A model generated the notes under the pieces. The model saw only the letters and a list, made by a program, of their open reading frames with translations. It had not been told where the DNA came from and did no database searches. Source: Girardia tigrina (taxonomy: Eukaryota). Taken from it: a stretch of DNA of 55,214 nucleotides. The DNA is taken from positions 1 to 55,214 of the forward strand of contig MQRK01227422.1 in assembly GCA_001938485.1 (NCBI GenBank), in the 5' to 3' direction. Made by a program: the position numbers and the translations under genes. Position 1 is the first letter of the stretch, and every line of letters starts with the position of its first letter. Positions 24,461 to 38,308 of the stretch are shown here, piece by piece.

Positions 24461-26114
24461 TTATTTTTATTAAGTGTTTTTTTAATAAAAAAAATGGAAA
24501 ATCTCTAGAAACTTTCAATTCATTGGTTTTTTTAATAAAGTTATTAATTTTCTATTAATATATTTTTCGTATTCAAGGGGGGGGGGATAATTCAATTCGT
24601 TTCTAAATGTATTCAGTGAATTCAATTTTTCTATTTGATCATATAATGCCATTTAAATCTTCCATCTAATCTTAATCTACTAAAAAATATACTCAGAGAA
24701 TAATGAATTGAAATCAATCTAAATAAATTACTAGGATTTTTTTAAAGTAAAATGTAGATGCAGCTTCAGTGTCTTAAACATTATGGGCCTGCTAAATTCT
24801 GAAAGGATTTTAACTTTTAATTCTTTAGCTCAAAGAAAATTTAACAAAAAGAAATGATTGTTAAATACCATTAATTTTTGTTTGTATACCTTTTAAACGA
24901 TACAAATGTTTAGTCCTCAACCTTTCAATGTTTTAAGAATAAAATCATCCCATAGCCATTGTATAGGCCTTCAGCACTGGCAATAGAAGTATTCTTAAGA
25001 ACTCTAAGATTCTCTAAGGAGTCCATATCAGCATGAATAACAATTGATAACACTGCATATTCGTTCTTGTTGTCGACAATTATGAGTTTAACATTATTCA
25101 ACCTTTCTTCTTAAAGGATGACATTGGACTTGAAACTAACAATTACATTAAGAAACAGAGGGACAACATAAAATTTGAATGAACAGAGTAGTTGGAAGCA
25201 AACAATAAGTGTTCTATGAAAGCATGGCAACAGCAAAAAGTTCCTAAAATTTACGCGGAGCTGTATAACATTATTGGTATTTTAACGTGAGGCCACCCTC
25301 GTAGTAAGAAGGTTCAAATACAAGACCTATAACATAATATATGTTCACTGTTTATAAAATAGATTACTTCAATAGAAAGTAATCGTCAAGACCTATTCTT
25401 CTTTCTTAAGCCTGTCTTGAGAAATTTTTGCGATAAATAATCTTTTAAATAAATTTCTTGTCTCTATTTTTATCTCTATTGGCAAACTACTCGTTTTTTA
25501 TTAATATTCATCCACTTTACTGATGAGCCTTTCTACGGATTTTAACGATGATTTTGTCTTGTGCCTCCCCCAGCACCACTAATTATGATTTCCGCCTACT
25601 TATATACTTTATATAAGTCATATGTCTTATACTTCACCCTCCGACTACCAGCATTCAATGGATGTGAAGTAATTGACCTCCTCATATAACTGATTCACTC
25701 CTTATGAGAATGATTGAATGATAGAAGCAGCTCGTTTAGCACATTCAAATCAAAGTTATCACCATTCCTTTTTTGCTCTTTTATACTATTTGGCTCATCC
25801 ATATTACGTATAGAGCCCACCGAAATGTATTATCATTCTATTCTATCCGGTTTAGTTAGCGATCCCTTGATACATGCAATCTCTTTAGAAGGACCATTGC
25901 GTCAAATAATATTTGACGTTCTATATTGAACATATGATTGCAATGCTGCTGATCTTCTTCGGTTAGACCTGAAAACTGGTTGTCTAATGCCTAAGAAATG
26001 TTGCGTTCAAAGTTGATTATATTTTGCGTAACAATTCGTTCAAGTCTGTCTTACATTTTTATTGATAAATGTATTTATATATTCTATTATCGTCTGAAAT
26101 TTCCTTTCAATAAT

Positions 26115-26880
26115 TCAACAATCTGTATGCATCTCTATTGGCTCTCCAAATTTTAAAGTCATTTTGTCATTATTGTACGTTTTAAAATAACTAATGACAG
26201 AATGTCGGTAGCTCTGAGGATGCGATCCAGTGTTGGTGGGTTCTCGGGTCGTGAGGTGATACATAATTGTAAAAGCATCACTGTGAAAAAACTCGGTCTC
26301 ATTGCCCACCGTGAACGATCGAATATCGCCGACAATCGCCTCCAACACCCTCACTGTATTACGAGAGCATTTAATTTCCATTTCCAGTTCGACTGATTCA
26401 ATTTAAAATTCGTTTTACTGAAGTTTTCCTTCAATCGTATTCAAATATTCAGAGTTGAACACAGAAAATACAGCTATAGTGGTGAAATATTTGGAGGAAC
26501 AAAACAGATAGAATTTCGGTTTATTAAGATACTCGTAGAGTTCATTTGTTAGTGAGACTTGAGCGCTAGCGAGACTATCAGATTTCGTTTTATCAACCAC
26601 GTTTAAATGTCGTCACAGTTATTTTAAAACATGACAACCCGAATCTATAACGTGTTTCATTTTCTATTTCAGATACTCGACATCTTTGATATTAGAGAAA
26701 ATGATATCGAGTCCAAGAGAGAACATGATATGATTGTCGTTGGTCGAGCTGATAAGCTGACTCAACTGACCAGACTCATTGACATTGTGCAATTCTCTCC
26801 ACATTTGTCAATGTTTTTCGGTGTATATAAATACATATTCATTTCTAATGATTTTATTCTCTTAGAGTTTCAAAAAAATG
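26115..26880 (-). pseudogene. Long unidentified reading frame interrupted only by in-frame stops
   Basis: ORFs 26415-26600 and 26115-26381 are in the same frame, which continues upstream (NKIIRNEYVFIYTEKH*QMWRELHNVNESG...). About six stops and no apparent frameshift. Confidence 0.55.
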
Positions 26881-26924
26881 ACACAAATAACTTTATTTTC
26901 AATTCAAATCACTGTTCCGGATTG

Positions 26925-26953
<29 letters not shown>

Positions 26954-26956
<3 letters not shown>

Positions 26957-27532
26957 TATGCCGAATTTGTGCAATTGCCGAATTCACTAATTATATGAAA
27001 AATATTCAATTTAATATGAAATTTTCTAAATTAAAAATGAAAGATTATGTACTTATTATGAAAAATATCAATTTAATATGAAAATGGGTATTTAATATGA
27101 ATTAATATTAATTTTACATGAAAAAATCAATATTTTATGAAAAAAATTATTTTAATATAAAAAAATGAATTTAATACGAAAAATATGTATTTAATATGAA
27201 AAATATAAATATATTATGAATAAAAATCTTAATTTATTATGCAAAATAGACTCCAAATGTTAAATTTTATTTATAGTTAATTATACTTCTTCCTTGGTGG
27301 TAAGCTGAATTGCAAACATTTGTATTTTAAAAATTTTTTCTTATTAAATTTATATTTATCATATTAAATTGATATTATTTTCGTTTTAAACACAATTTTC
27401 TTATTAAATCGATATTTTTTCAAATTAAATATTAATATCAATTTCACAATTGAATTAAAAAAATTTTTAAAAAATTGCCAAGTTCGTGAATTGAGTTCGT
27501 GAATTTGTCAATTACACAAATTCGACATAACA
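26954..27532. mobile_element. MITE with ~35-bp TIRs and an AT-rich, internally repetitive body
   Basis: TGTTATGCCGAATTTGTGCAATTGCCGAATTCAC versus GTGAATTTGTCAATTACACAAATTCGACATAACA. The TTTAATATGAAA repeats switch orientation mid-element. A solo end is at ~39024-39059. Confidence 0.8.
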
Positions 27533-28102
27533 TAATACAAAACCGCTCTGTTTATCTTTATTACTTAAACAAAAACTGATTTTTCCAGAACAATATAGTT
27601 ATTTTTTTTCAATTACAGTTTTAAAACAACTTAATATATATATTAACAACATCACAATTTGAATGCAAACATTTATTTACAACACAAACAGATTCTTCAC
27701 AACAATTTTCAGTGGTCATCCTTCTTTGATTAATATAGTTTTTGATTAAAAATTTAAATATGAAAAAATTAATGAATGGGNNNNNNNNNNNNNNNNNNNN
27801 NNNNNNNNNNNNNNNNNNNNNNNNNNNNNNNNNNNNNNNNNNNNNNNNNNNNNNNNNNNNNNNNNNNNNNNNNNNNTTTCATTAGATTCAAATAATTAAT
27901 CAAATAACATATCAATCCCATTTGGGTAGGAGAGTCACAAATCTAAACAGCATACAAACAACAAACTTACAACATTCACAATTATCCCTCACAATATATT
28001 AAGTTTTTTTAAAACTGTAATTGAAAAAAAATAACTATGTTGTTCTGGAAAAATCAGTTTTTGTTTAAGTAATAAAGATAAACAGAGTGGTTTTGTATTA
28101 TG
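27531..28102. repeat. ~110-bp inverted repeat pair flanking an N gap
   Basis: 27531-~27640 (CATAATACAAAACCGCTCTGTTTATC...) is the near-perfect reverse complement of ~27995-28102. Confidence 0.85.
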
Positions 28103-28369
28103 ATTTTTTTTGCGATATCGTGTTATAAGTGAATATGCTATTGTCGGGTCGTTGTGTTTGCAAATAATTCACCGTAACGGAATTTCCAGTTGATATTTGT
28201 TCGATCAATTAATTAATTAAGTTCGGTTAATTAATTATAAACAAATGGCCATTTTTGTGATACCATTCAAATTATGTGATAAAGCTTAAATTGAATTTGA
28301 TCGATTATCGGGCATCTGAAAAACTCGATGGTTAGCGTTGCTACTACCTACTGAAATAATTTTAAAATA

Positions 28370-29372
28370 TTTAAACCACTAAAATCTTATTTTCTTTCGA
28401 CAAATAAATGTCCAACTATTTTACAAAAAACTTATTTTCGGACGAGCATGATGAAATTTGGTTACCGTTTTTTCACAATCATTATTATTCTCTCAATCCA
28501 TACAGAGATTCGAAGGTGAAAAAATGACGTTAATGGAAATTTCTTCCGAAATTATTAACTTGATTTGCAAATTCAAAGATAGTATGTCTTAATTTATTCC
28601 TATTGTTGAAAAATCTGCAATAAAAAAATTCTAAGGATTATTCAAAGATGGAGATCTTTTTTCCTCAATTTATTAATTTTTACTCCAATTGCGTTTCTTA
28701 TTCAGAAAAATGAAGTACATAATTTGATACACAAGAAACTTTATCATGGATTATGTTAAGAAATGTAATCAAATGGGATAATATGGATGAGAGCATTTCG
28801 TTTGCTCAAAAGTATCTTCAGGAAGAAGAATTATCCGTAAATTATTTATTCGACGAAATTTCATATCGAAAACGATAAGCTACTTCTGAAAAAAATCAGA
28901 ACAGAGCGTTTGTTTTCTCTTATTAATGATATGTGGACACCTGAGAAATCCATTCTAAAAGTGGACACATTGAAAGCAAAAGTTATTTTAAGTATAGTAT
29001 TTCAAAAAATCTTGTGAAGAATTTACGAAAATATTTTGAAGACAAGTGCATGCTGCAGGAAAATATTAATTTGAAAAATCTTGTTTGTAAAAATGTTAAT
29101 TATATTTCTGTATATTCGTATTACAAAATAAATTTAAAATTTTCTTAATATGATATTATAAATAAAAAATATAATAAAATAATTAGAAATTATATTTTGC
29201 ATCTATATGTTATTTATTTTATCCATTATTAAAAGGGATTATTATTAATATATATGTATATTTAGCACATTAAAATATTGTACTAAAATATATTCACGTA
29301 AAAAAATTGTATTTTTTAATTTTAAATTTTTTTGGTGTCCCGGTTTGGGATTGAGAACATCTATTCACCCTA
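28370..29372 (+). mobile_element. hAT (Blackjack-like) transposon, 3' remnant
   Basis: TERLFSLINDMWTPEKSILKVDTLKAK (~28900-28985) resembles the hAT dimerisation domain. The right terminus is TGTCCCGGTTTGGGA..ATCTATTCACCCTA. Confidence 0.75.
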
Positions 29373-29379
29373 TTCATGG

Positions 29380-31200
29380 TGTATGAACCATATGCGAAAA
29401 CTATATACCTATTGTTTTGTCTTTTTGTGACAGTACTGTTCAAAACTGGAATTTGTGTACAAATTAATTTCTTTCTCGAACTCTTGTATTTCCAAGGATT
29501 GATAGTGTAGTTAAATCTTCCTTCATCTCTTCTAAAGCTTTTTCACATGTCACTGTGCATAGAAACTTATTTTTGTTCAAACCACATTCTTGCACTAATT
29601 TCTTGGCCTTGGTTGCACAATCTTAAACAAATCTTCTGTCATAGTTACAAATTCTTAATTATCAAATATTTACAAATTCTTATGTTATCACCACTCCTTT
29701 GGTAGCAACTACTACTACTGTCTATTTATACTACTATCTTTACTACGATCCGTTTTAAGTTTTCAAGCACATTTTTCATTAGTTCCTGGAACTTTCTCGC
29801 TGCCTCTGCAATACCCAATGACATTCTTTTAAAACAGAATTTTTCTAATTTAATTACAAAGACAGTCTGTAATTTTGAGTCTTCCTTAAGGTCTACTTGG
29901 TAATAAGCATAACCTAAATCTAATAATGCAAAAAAATGTTGGAAATCGAAAGTGCTTTAAAATTTACCTCGAATGGCTTCAATTCTATCTAGGCGTTGTA
30001 TTTCTGATGTTTGTTAGAAGACTGAAACCCAAGACAGTAATGATTTTTTTGTACAATAAAAATTAGTTATCTTCTTTTGCATCAAAATCTGGAACAATTT
30101 TGATAGCCTGTGAATTGTAAAATAATTACCTAATTCTCTTATTTATTAACAAATATTTAATTAATCTTTATTTTATGAATTTTAATTAAATTTAACTATT
30201 GATAAATTTAATTAGTCTTGATAAATTATTTTGAAGATAAATTACTGATTCGACAATTATTTTTGGGAGAGGCAACACACTCACATCATGCGACACATTA
30301 TACTAAACTTCCTCACAGTGTTCATTTTTTGCCACTGATTCATCAAATTTTCCTAAATGTTTGCAACGATTCTTCAGTTATCTCATCACATTCAGTCTTC
30401 TCTACTTCTATACTGTTGTTGGTTGTACACCCATTCTATATGTTGTGTTTTCTCCAAGTAATCTTGTATAACATTCATTTACTCTGCATTCTATATTTTG
30501 ACAGACTCTTTTTACGTTGTCCCTGTTTTTCACAGTCATACCCTATAACAAGTTTCCTTTCCGTGTAATTTTTATAATGTATCCTTCCTTTTCACATCCA
30601 AAACATATCATTGATTCTTGCTGTGTAACAACTTTGCTTGAGTCCTTTTTCTTCTCAAAATTTCGACTTCTAAACGATTAATCTTAAGAATATCTTATGT
30701 TATTTGTATTACCAACTCTTGCTTGATTCTGTTCGTATCTATTGTAATTTCAGTCACTACATCTCGGAAACTTTTAACTGTGTTTTATATTCAATTATTT
30801 TAAACTATATTTACTTGTTCTGTCACACTTTTAATGTTGTGTACCACTTTAATCTTCTTTTTAATCTTCTTTACTCATTTCATTTTGCTTTATTGAACTT
30901 GTATATTTATATTTGTATATTTATATATTTATATACTTGTATATTTATATCTATATTGTTGTTGAAATTACCATTCCAAAAGAAACTATCTTTTGATAAA
31001 TTGTGTTTCGAAATTCTGACAGCAAGTTTCTCTATTTTCTCGAAAAGAAACTTCCTTTATGTCATCTTTCCTTGTACTGGCACGTATCGGCCAGGTCCTC
31101 AAATTGAGATTGTGGTCGATCAAATGCTTCTTGCAGTTGTCTTTGTATCCTAGTATTTTTTATCTTTCACTTTATACTTGTCATTCGCATATCTGTCCAA
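29380..31200 (-). mobile_element. Decayed Gypsy remnant (gag with zinc knuckle, RT/RNase H pieces)
   Basis: CFGCEKEGY knuckle-like motif at ~30580-30607; KFLCTVTCEKALEEMK..LTTLSILG at ~29490-29570; Lys/Glu-rich gag-like frames. Confidence 0.65.
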
Positions 31201-33103
31201 TGGACAAAGTACATTAATCTCTTGTTTGGCTTTTGCAAAACTCGCAAATTGAAAAAAAAGGTTGTGAAATTAATGATTTTTCATTATCGCTTTTTCTGAA
31301 TTTTTCCGAAAGCAATTGATTCATGAAAATGTTTCATCATAGTAAGCGTTGCCATGTAAGTTACGTTCACATTGTTTGCCATATTCAAACTATAATTCAT
31401 TATTATTAAATTTTTAATTACTTTTAAAATTAATTTGATTAAAGATTTTTTAATGGAAAAACAATTTAAAATACTTTATAAATAAATATTATTGCACAAT
31501 TAAAGACAAAACATTTTCGTTTTTGAATTCTTGGATATATATATTTTTCGGTATTTCGCAACTTGTATTTTTAAGAAATTTATATTGAAACATTTTTAAT
31601 ATCAAAAAATGAAATCTAAATTAAAAAAAGTTAATTACTATTATGTATGAAAGATTAAATTTGTAAGTCTAATTTAACGGAATTATTTTAAAATTAAAAA
31701 TTTGTCTCTAATTGACGTTTATGTCTTTAATCATGATTTTTTATCAATTCTTTCACCGATAAAAAATCGATGCAAAATATTTTAAATCGACAGATCGCGA
31801 TACCCGTTATGAAGGCGGTCGGCCTGTAAAACTCTATGAAAGTCTTGATCCGTATGGGATCATTAAAATTTATATGTTCATTGTTGAGAAAGGTTCGACT
31901 TAAAAGGAAAATAATAATCTGATAGGAAATGAATTGTGTTAGTTACATCGATATCCGTAACGCATGTTAAATGAATTTGTTAATTATAAAAATTGTTTAT
32001 TTTTATGATTGTTGTTATTATTTAGAAAACATGTAAATTTTTACACATTTGTTTTTTTTACATGAAAAAAATATGTTGTTTAAAATATATAAAAAAACGG
32101 TAATGCAGTAGATAATTATTAAATCAATAAAAAATATTCAGTCGTTATCGTTATTTAGTCGTTAATATTTATTTACCGCTATATCTAAAACGATAACAAT
32201 CATAAACGAAATTTCAATTAATTTTTCCTCTTCAATTCCTAATTTAATAATCATTTCGTCGATCTCTAATATTCAAAATAATTTTGTTTTAGTACCAAAA
32301 CTTTTTTTTAACTTCTTTTAATTTCAATGAATTTTAAATTTATTTTATTTATCCCCGAAATATTTTTTTGTTGAAATAAAATATTTATTCTCAATGACTT
32401 TTAATATTAATTTGAAAATTATAATTATTCTACTTCCATTATAAATTTGTTAAAAATAAAAAAAATATTTAATTGAACATTAATTTTTAAATATTTAATT
32501 TAATTAGTGAAATAAGAATTAACTATCTCCTACTGTAATATCTCCTGTTGATTTTATTGTGAATAAGTTGATGTATGACACTTGATACCGCCACAATTTA
32601 TGCCGACACTTAATCCCTGTAACAGTTAATACATGTGACAGATAATCCCGCGATATTTAATATCAATATATTTAAATTCGCAGAAAAGCACCAAAAAAAA
32701 TGAAATTTATAATAAAAAATGAAAATAATTATTGAATTTATTTTAATCTAATAAGGAAATTTACAAAAAAAATAAAAATATATTATATATTAAAATATAA
32801 GGAACTAAATAAGTATAATATAAGAACTAAATCAAATATTAGGTACTAAATAAGTTAATACAAAATTTTTATAATATCAAAATTGAAATTTATCTCCCAA
32901 AATAATTTTAAAAACAAATGATAATGAATTTTGATATAAAGAGTTTTTAAAATAAAAAACAAACTTAATAAGTTTAGAATAAAATACTATAAAAAAAATT
33001 TGAAATATAAATATTAAAATTAACAATTTAAAAAAAGTAATAAATAAATAATAAAATGAAGTAACAATAATAATAAATTTTATAATACATTACTTTTACG
33101 TAT

Positions 33104-35796
33104 CTCTCCACAACTAAAGCTCTCCACAAAAACCAAAACAAAACATCATAGAGCGCTTTTCGATCTTAAGCAACTGAAGGATATTAAAATTAGGGACAAA
33201 TTTCAGAGTGAACTGTCATCAAAATCCGTCCCTTGCTGCTACTATAAGACCAGCAGCCACAAAAGATCTGTGACGAGTTCACAAACATTATCCCAGATAC
33301 TACCGAAAGCATTCTGGGAAAAAGACGAAAGACGAAGAAACCATGGGTTAATAGAAAGGTATTGTAATGCTGTGATAGACGACGTCAACTGAGAAGCAAA
33401 AGAAATAACGGCGAAGAGTATATAAAAGATTACAGGAAGGTGAACAAGGAAGTTCAGAGACTACTGAGGAAGGCCAAAGAGGATTGGGCGAAGAACAAGC
33501 AAAATTGATAGAAAGTAGTTTTGAAATAAACAATTCTAGAGAAGCATCCAAGACAATTAAGAAACTGACCGAGTCAGGAAGAAGACAAATAAATGTAATT
33601 GAAGATCAAGATGGAAACTTACTTACAAAAAGTACAGAGATGGAAAGATTACTGTTGCGAATTATACAACTTTAAAGCAGATGTCAACAGGAGCGTTATC
33701 TCACAAGATGTTGAAACAAATGGAGATGACGAAGTTCGTGAATGCGAAATTTTAAGATCTGAAGTAGAGGCTGCCATAAAAGGTTTGAAGAGGAACAAAA
33801 GCCCAGGAATGAACAACATCAGCGCGGAACTAATTCAGAATTGAAGGCGATAATACAGTGACTATTCTCCATGTAATAAGCAACAAAATTTTAAAAAGTG
33901 GAGTTTGGCCCTCACAATGGAGTGAATATATCCTCATTCCAATACCGAAGAAAGCAAATAGTTAAAAGTGCAGCGACTTTAGAACGATTAGTTTGATCAG
34001 TCACGCATCAAAGGTTATGTTGAAAGTGTTACAAAGAAGATACACACCGAAAGTGGAGCAAGTTCTTAGCGAGATGCAGGCAGGCTTCAGAAGGGACCGC
34101 AGCACTATGGTGCAGATAACCAACTTAAGACTGATTTGTGAGAAAACAAGAGACCCCAAACGAATAATTTGCATAACTTTATAGATTTCAAAAAAGCCTT
34201 TGATATGATGTGACATGAAGCACTATGGCACACAATGAATAAACACAACATAGGAAAACATATCACGAAAATTATTAAGAGCCTTTATGAAGACGCAAAG
34301 ACAAAAGTGTTGACTAGTTTAGCGACTGGTTTAAATCATCAGTAGGAGTAAAACAAGGTTGCATTCTTTCACCAACATTGTTCAACCTTTTTCTTGAGAG
34401 AATTGTTATGGAAGCTATGAGGGGTTAATTTAAATTTTCATCTCGCCAGAATAATTTATTATTTTTTTAATTTAAATGTTAAAATATTTTAATGTTAATA
34501 TGCTTTTAAATATTTTAAAAAATTAAAAATGATATAATAAAAGAAAATCATAAAAAATTAAATATCTATTTAAAAATAAAAAATATCTTTTTAATGTATC
34601 TATTAAATATCTTAAAATTAAAAATGATAAGAAAACCATTAAATATTAAATATTTATTTATAAATAAAAATGTTTTTACAGTCATAACAATTTATATATG
34701 TTAATATAAGTTATGAAACGATTTTAAATAAATTTTAAAATAAATTTTTAGTTTTAATGTGAAATGTATTTAATAAATTTGCAAGATTTTAAAAATTGAA
34801 TAGAAAAGAATTTAATAGATTAATATGTTGCGAGATAATTAAATTAACAGACAGATTTGTTTAAATATGTGAATTGTTGTTATATTAATAAATTTTGGTG
34901 TTAAAAATGAATTCAGATATTGATGTTGCAACCACTACTCACAGAAACAATATAGGATGTTGGAATAAGCTGCGGAGGAACAAAAATAACCGACCTACTA
35001 TTTGCTGATGACATAGACCTAATTGGCAAAGAGGAGGCAGAGATTCAGGAACATACGAACAGATTACACAAAGCGTCAAACAAATTTGGAATGAAAATCA
35101 ACAGACAAAAAAGCAAAGTAATTGTTTCAGGAAACCATAACAACGAGGTTAATCTAGAGATTTTCATTGAAGGGGAGAAGCTGGAACAAGTTAAGAGTTT
35201 CAAATATTTAGGCTATATTATCAAAGAGAATGGGGGAAGCGAAGAAGAAATCAGAAGCCGGATTGGTATATCAACAAGCGCAATGATTAAACTTAGCACA
35301 GTTTTTAACCTCAAAAAATCCATCTCAAAAGCATATTAAAGATCACTAAGGCTATTGTCTGGGCAACACTCCTCTATGGATGCTAGAGTTGGACAATAAA
35401 TCAGAAGAGTATGGATAGACTTAAGGCGTTTGAAATGAAGTGCTACAGGAGAATGCTGAAGATCACGTGGAAAGAAAAGAAGACAAATGACTTTGTGTTT
35501 GGAGGAGAGTGACAGTAATACTAGGTAAAAGACCGGAATCAATAGAAGAGAGCATCAAGAGATGGAAGCTAAAATTCTACGGTCATCAAATAAAAAACAA
35601 GCACTAGCAAAGGTTATGATTGAGGGAAAAGTGGAAGGAGAAAGACAAAGAGGCAATGGATGGACTATTTAAAAGAATGAACTGGACTGAGTATGGAATA
35701 TCTGAGAAAAGAAACTACAAATAGAAAGATGTGGCGAAGGCTTGTTTATAATTGGGTGCACCCACGGCCCAACGGCTAAGGTCAAAAGAAGAAGAC
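33104..35796 (+). mobile_element. 5'-truncated RTE-clade LINE with an 8-bp TSD, split by an AT-rich insertion
   Basis: TTACGTAT at 33096-33103 and 35797-35804, and a (GAA)n 3' tail. RT motifs KSPGMNNISAELI, ISHASKVML, QAGFR, DFKKAFD, GVKQGCILSPTLFN, LLFADD (35001-35012) and FKYLG. Many stops and frameshifts. Confidence 0.95.
34419..34940. mobile_element. AT-rich insertion within the RTE RT domain
   Basis: The RT reading frame stops at ..MEAM and resumes ..NNIG.GISCGG. The ends are weakly inverted (GAGGGGTT / AACCACTACTC). Confidence 0.6.
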
Positions 35797-36789
35797 TTAC
35801 GTATAAATGGTTTCAGCAAGAAAATGAAGTGTTCCTTTGAAATTCTTTAAAAAACTTGATTAAAAATATTTTATTTTGTTGTTATTAAATAAAAGTTTTT
35901 AAAATATCAACTTCTGATTTTTAAACTGCAAATTATTATGAAACTAACAGGAAACATTCAGCTTAAAAAAATAACTTGTCAAAAAAATATAAGTATACTT
36001 CGATATAGAAATAGCTACTTATAATTAAAGATCAAATGTTTGGAAATCAAGTACTTCAAAGAATGATTGAATCTGATCAAAGAATACAAATAATAATATA
36101 TTTGATTTATAAATAATATTATTATTTTTATTTATGTCAAATATATTGCGTCTATGTTTAATTTGTAATTTTACTTTCATAATTTGTAAGATAACATTTT
36201 AATATGTTCAAATTTAAATGTTAATATAAAAAATAAAGAATATAATAAAAATATTAAAATGAAACATATTTTGAAAATAATTTTTAGCTAAGTCTTCATT
36301 CGAATCAACATGCAACTCAAAAAAAATAAATAAAACGACCAATTACAATAATAAATAATTTAATCCTATTTCAATTTTGCATTTTTTAATATTTTTGAAT
36401 ATATATGAAATAATAGAGATAACGATAAATCTTCCATTTTTGTAACATACTTCATCGTAAATCATGTTACAACATCATTCAAGTTATATAACAATAATCT
36501 TCTGCTCTGCTTAAGAGACATTCCAAACAAACTATTCAAATTTCCTCTATAACCGTTAGAGTAAATTGAAATGTTTGATTTGGTACATTTGCTTTATCAT
36601 TTTATGTCATATAATTTTTTTATTTCTTATTTTCATGTATTGTAACAATAAAAACATAAATAATCTACTTAAATAATATTATCTAATTATTAATATATAT
36701 ATATATATATATATGTATAATTTATTTAGTCTTGTGAACGCTAAATTGATATTTTTAGAAATTGATTACTTCAGAAGTATTAGATTTTA

Positions 36790-38153
36790 CCGAACTACAT
36801 GTAAGAAAAAAATAACATGACCACTAATGAGCCTCAAATTCTAGACTGCAGAACAATTTGGAATGGGTTAGTGAACATGTGGGATAGACTCCTCATTGTA
36901 AAGTCAGCTGATCAGAAAGCGCTGATAGATGTAAATGCAAGCATCCGTCTAACCGATAAAGATTTCGAAATAATGAAGAAAATCGTTTTTGCACTAAAAC
37001 TATTTCAGATAGCTGTGGCAGCTATATGCAGATACGACACTGCACTTTTGACTGCAGAGGCATTAAAAATGTTTCTTCTAGAGGAGCTGTAAGCATGACC
37101 CCATTTTCTTTAGAACAGCTTTCTTTAGGCGAATTTGAGAACAGGGATACAATAAAACATTAGTTGTCTTTCTATAACTGCACAAACCGCAAGCACAGTT
37201 AGCAAAAAAGAAGATAATGAAAGATTTTTGCAAAAAACCACTTGTTTGTCGTATGCCATTGCAATAAAAAGGGCTGAAGTACAAAATCTGAAAGTGAATT
37301 CTCAAGTTTAAGAAAAGGCAATGAGTCATCACTATCGAATGATCATCTTACAATTGAGCACCGACTACAAGATATTTTTTCGGCTACTTTTTAAATACAA
37401 TTATTATACCTACAATAGAGTCGGAATCTTATTCAACTCTTATTAATTATTAGCTTAATATTACTGTCCAGCCAGGCAAACGAGGACCCCATTTAGAGAG
37501 TGTGTATTAACGTTTGGTGAGATTTCTTCCTACGTCTCTGGTATTGGAAAGAGTCGTCTCTTCCACTGAATACTTATGTAATAAGATCCGTTCCAGTTTG
37601 AATGATTACACTATTGACAAATTATCTTTACTACGCTTTAATCTTTCATGAATTTGATTGTTATCCCACAAATAAATTTTATGTATTATAAGAATCTTTT
37701 TATGACATCGATTATTTTATTGTAAAAAAATTTATATCCTTTAAAATTAATTATCTTTATACAATAATGAGTTTCCAAAAAATAAAAAAGATTCATGAGT
37801 TTTAGAAGTAGTATAGTCTTATATCTAAATACTAAGGAATATGTTTAATTGCAGAGACCAAAAATTCCTTTAAGACGCAGTAATTGACATAATTATTTCA
37901 AACATAAGTCAATTTAGTAATGATTTGATTTTAAAGTAGTCACAAAATACACCATTTTAATTTTAAGTAATTAAACTAAAAGCTGCTTTCTTATAACCAT
38001 TTCAAAAAGTTTGAAATATATTAAACGAAACGATATGTCTTAGATTGAAGAAAATGTTTTATAAATCCAGAGTAAAATAATCCAGGTTTTATAATCCCGG
38101 AATCCTGGGATTGGGATAATTGTAATACCGAAATCCTGGAATTGGAAGCTCTA
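36790..38153 (+). mobile_element. hAT transposon, 3' remnant
   Basis: ILDCRTIWNGLVNMWDRLL (TRWNS-like) in ORF 36817-37092; RSSLNDYTIDKL at ~37590; a terminus of AATCC(C/T)GG(G/A)ATT repeats ending GCTCTA. Confidence 0.8.
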
Positions 38154-38269
38154 ACTACATTACTTAATATTCAAAATTGGCAAAGTTAGGCCGCCTCATT
38201 TTTTTCTAATCTTTAAGCTTTGCCAATAATATCCATTGAAATCATGAAACAATTATTATTTACTGATTA

Positions 38270-38305
<36 letters not shown>

Positions 38306-38308
<3 letters not shown>

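Noticed and set aside
25519-25550. CTGATGAG as a possible hammerhead (also CTGATGA at ~16264 and ~46819)
   Set aside because: No stem II-GAAA core follows.
30218-31153. Plus-strand hydrophobic ORFs resembling membrane proteins (also 20680-20943, 45417-45869)
   Set aside because: Antisense shadows of A-rich, retroelement-like coding strands.
31730-31920. Small CpG-rich patch, possible exon of the channel gene
   Set aside because: No frame resembles the DEG/ENaC thumb or TM2, and the frames examined contain stops.
32570-32665. Degenerate ~16-bp tandem GACA(C/G)TTAATCCC repeats
   Set aside because: Typical subterminal repeats of a DNA transposon end; no partner end was found and there is nothing further to support.
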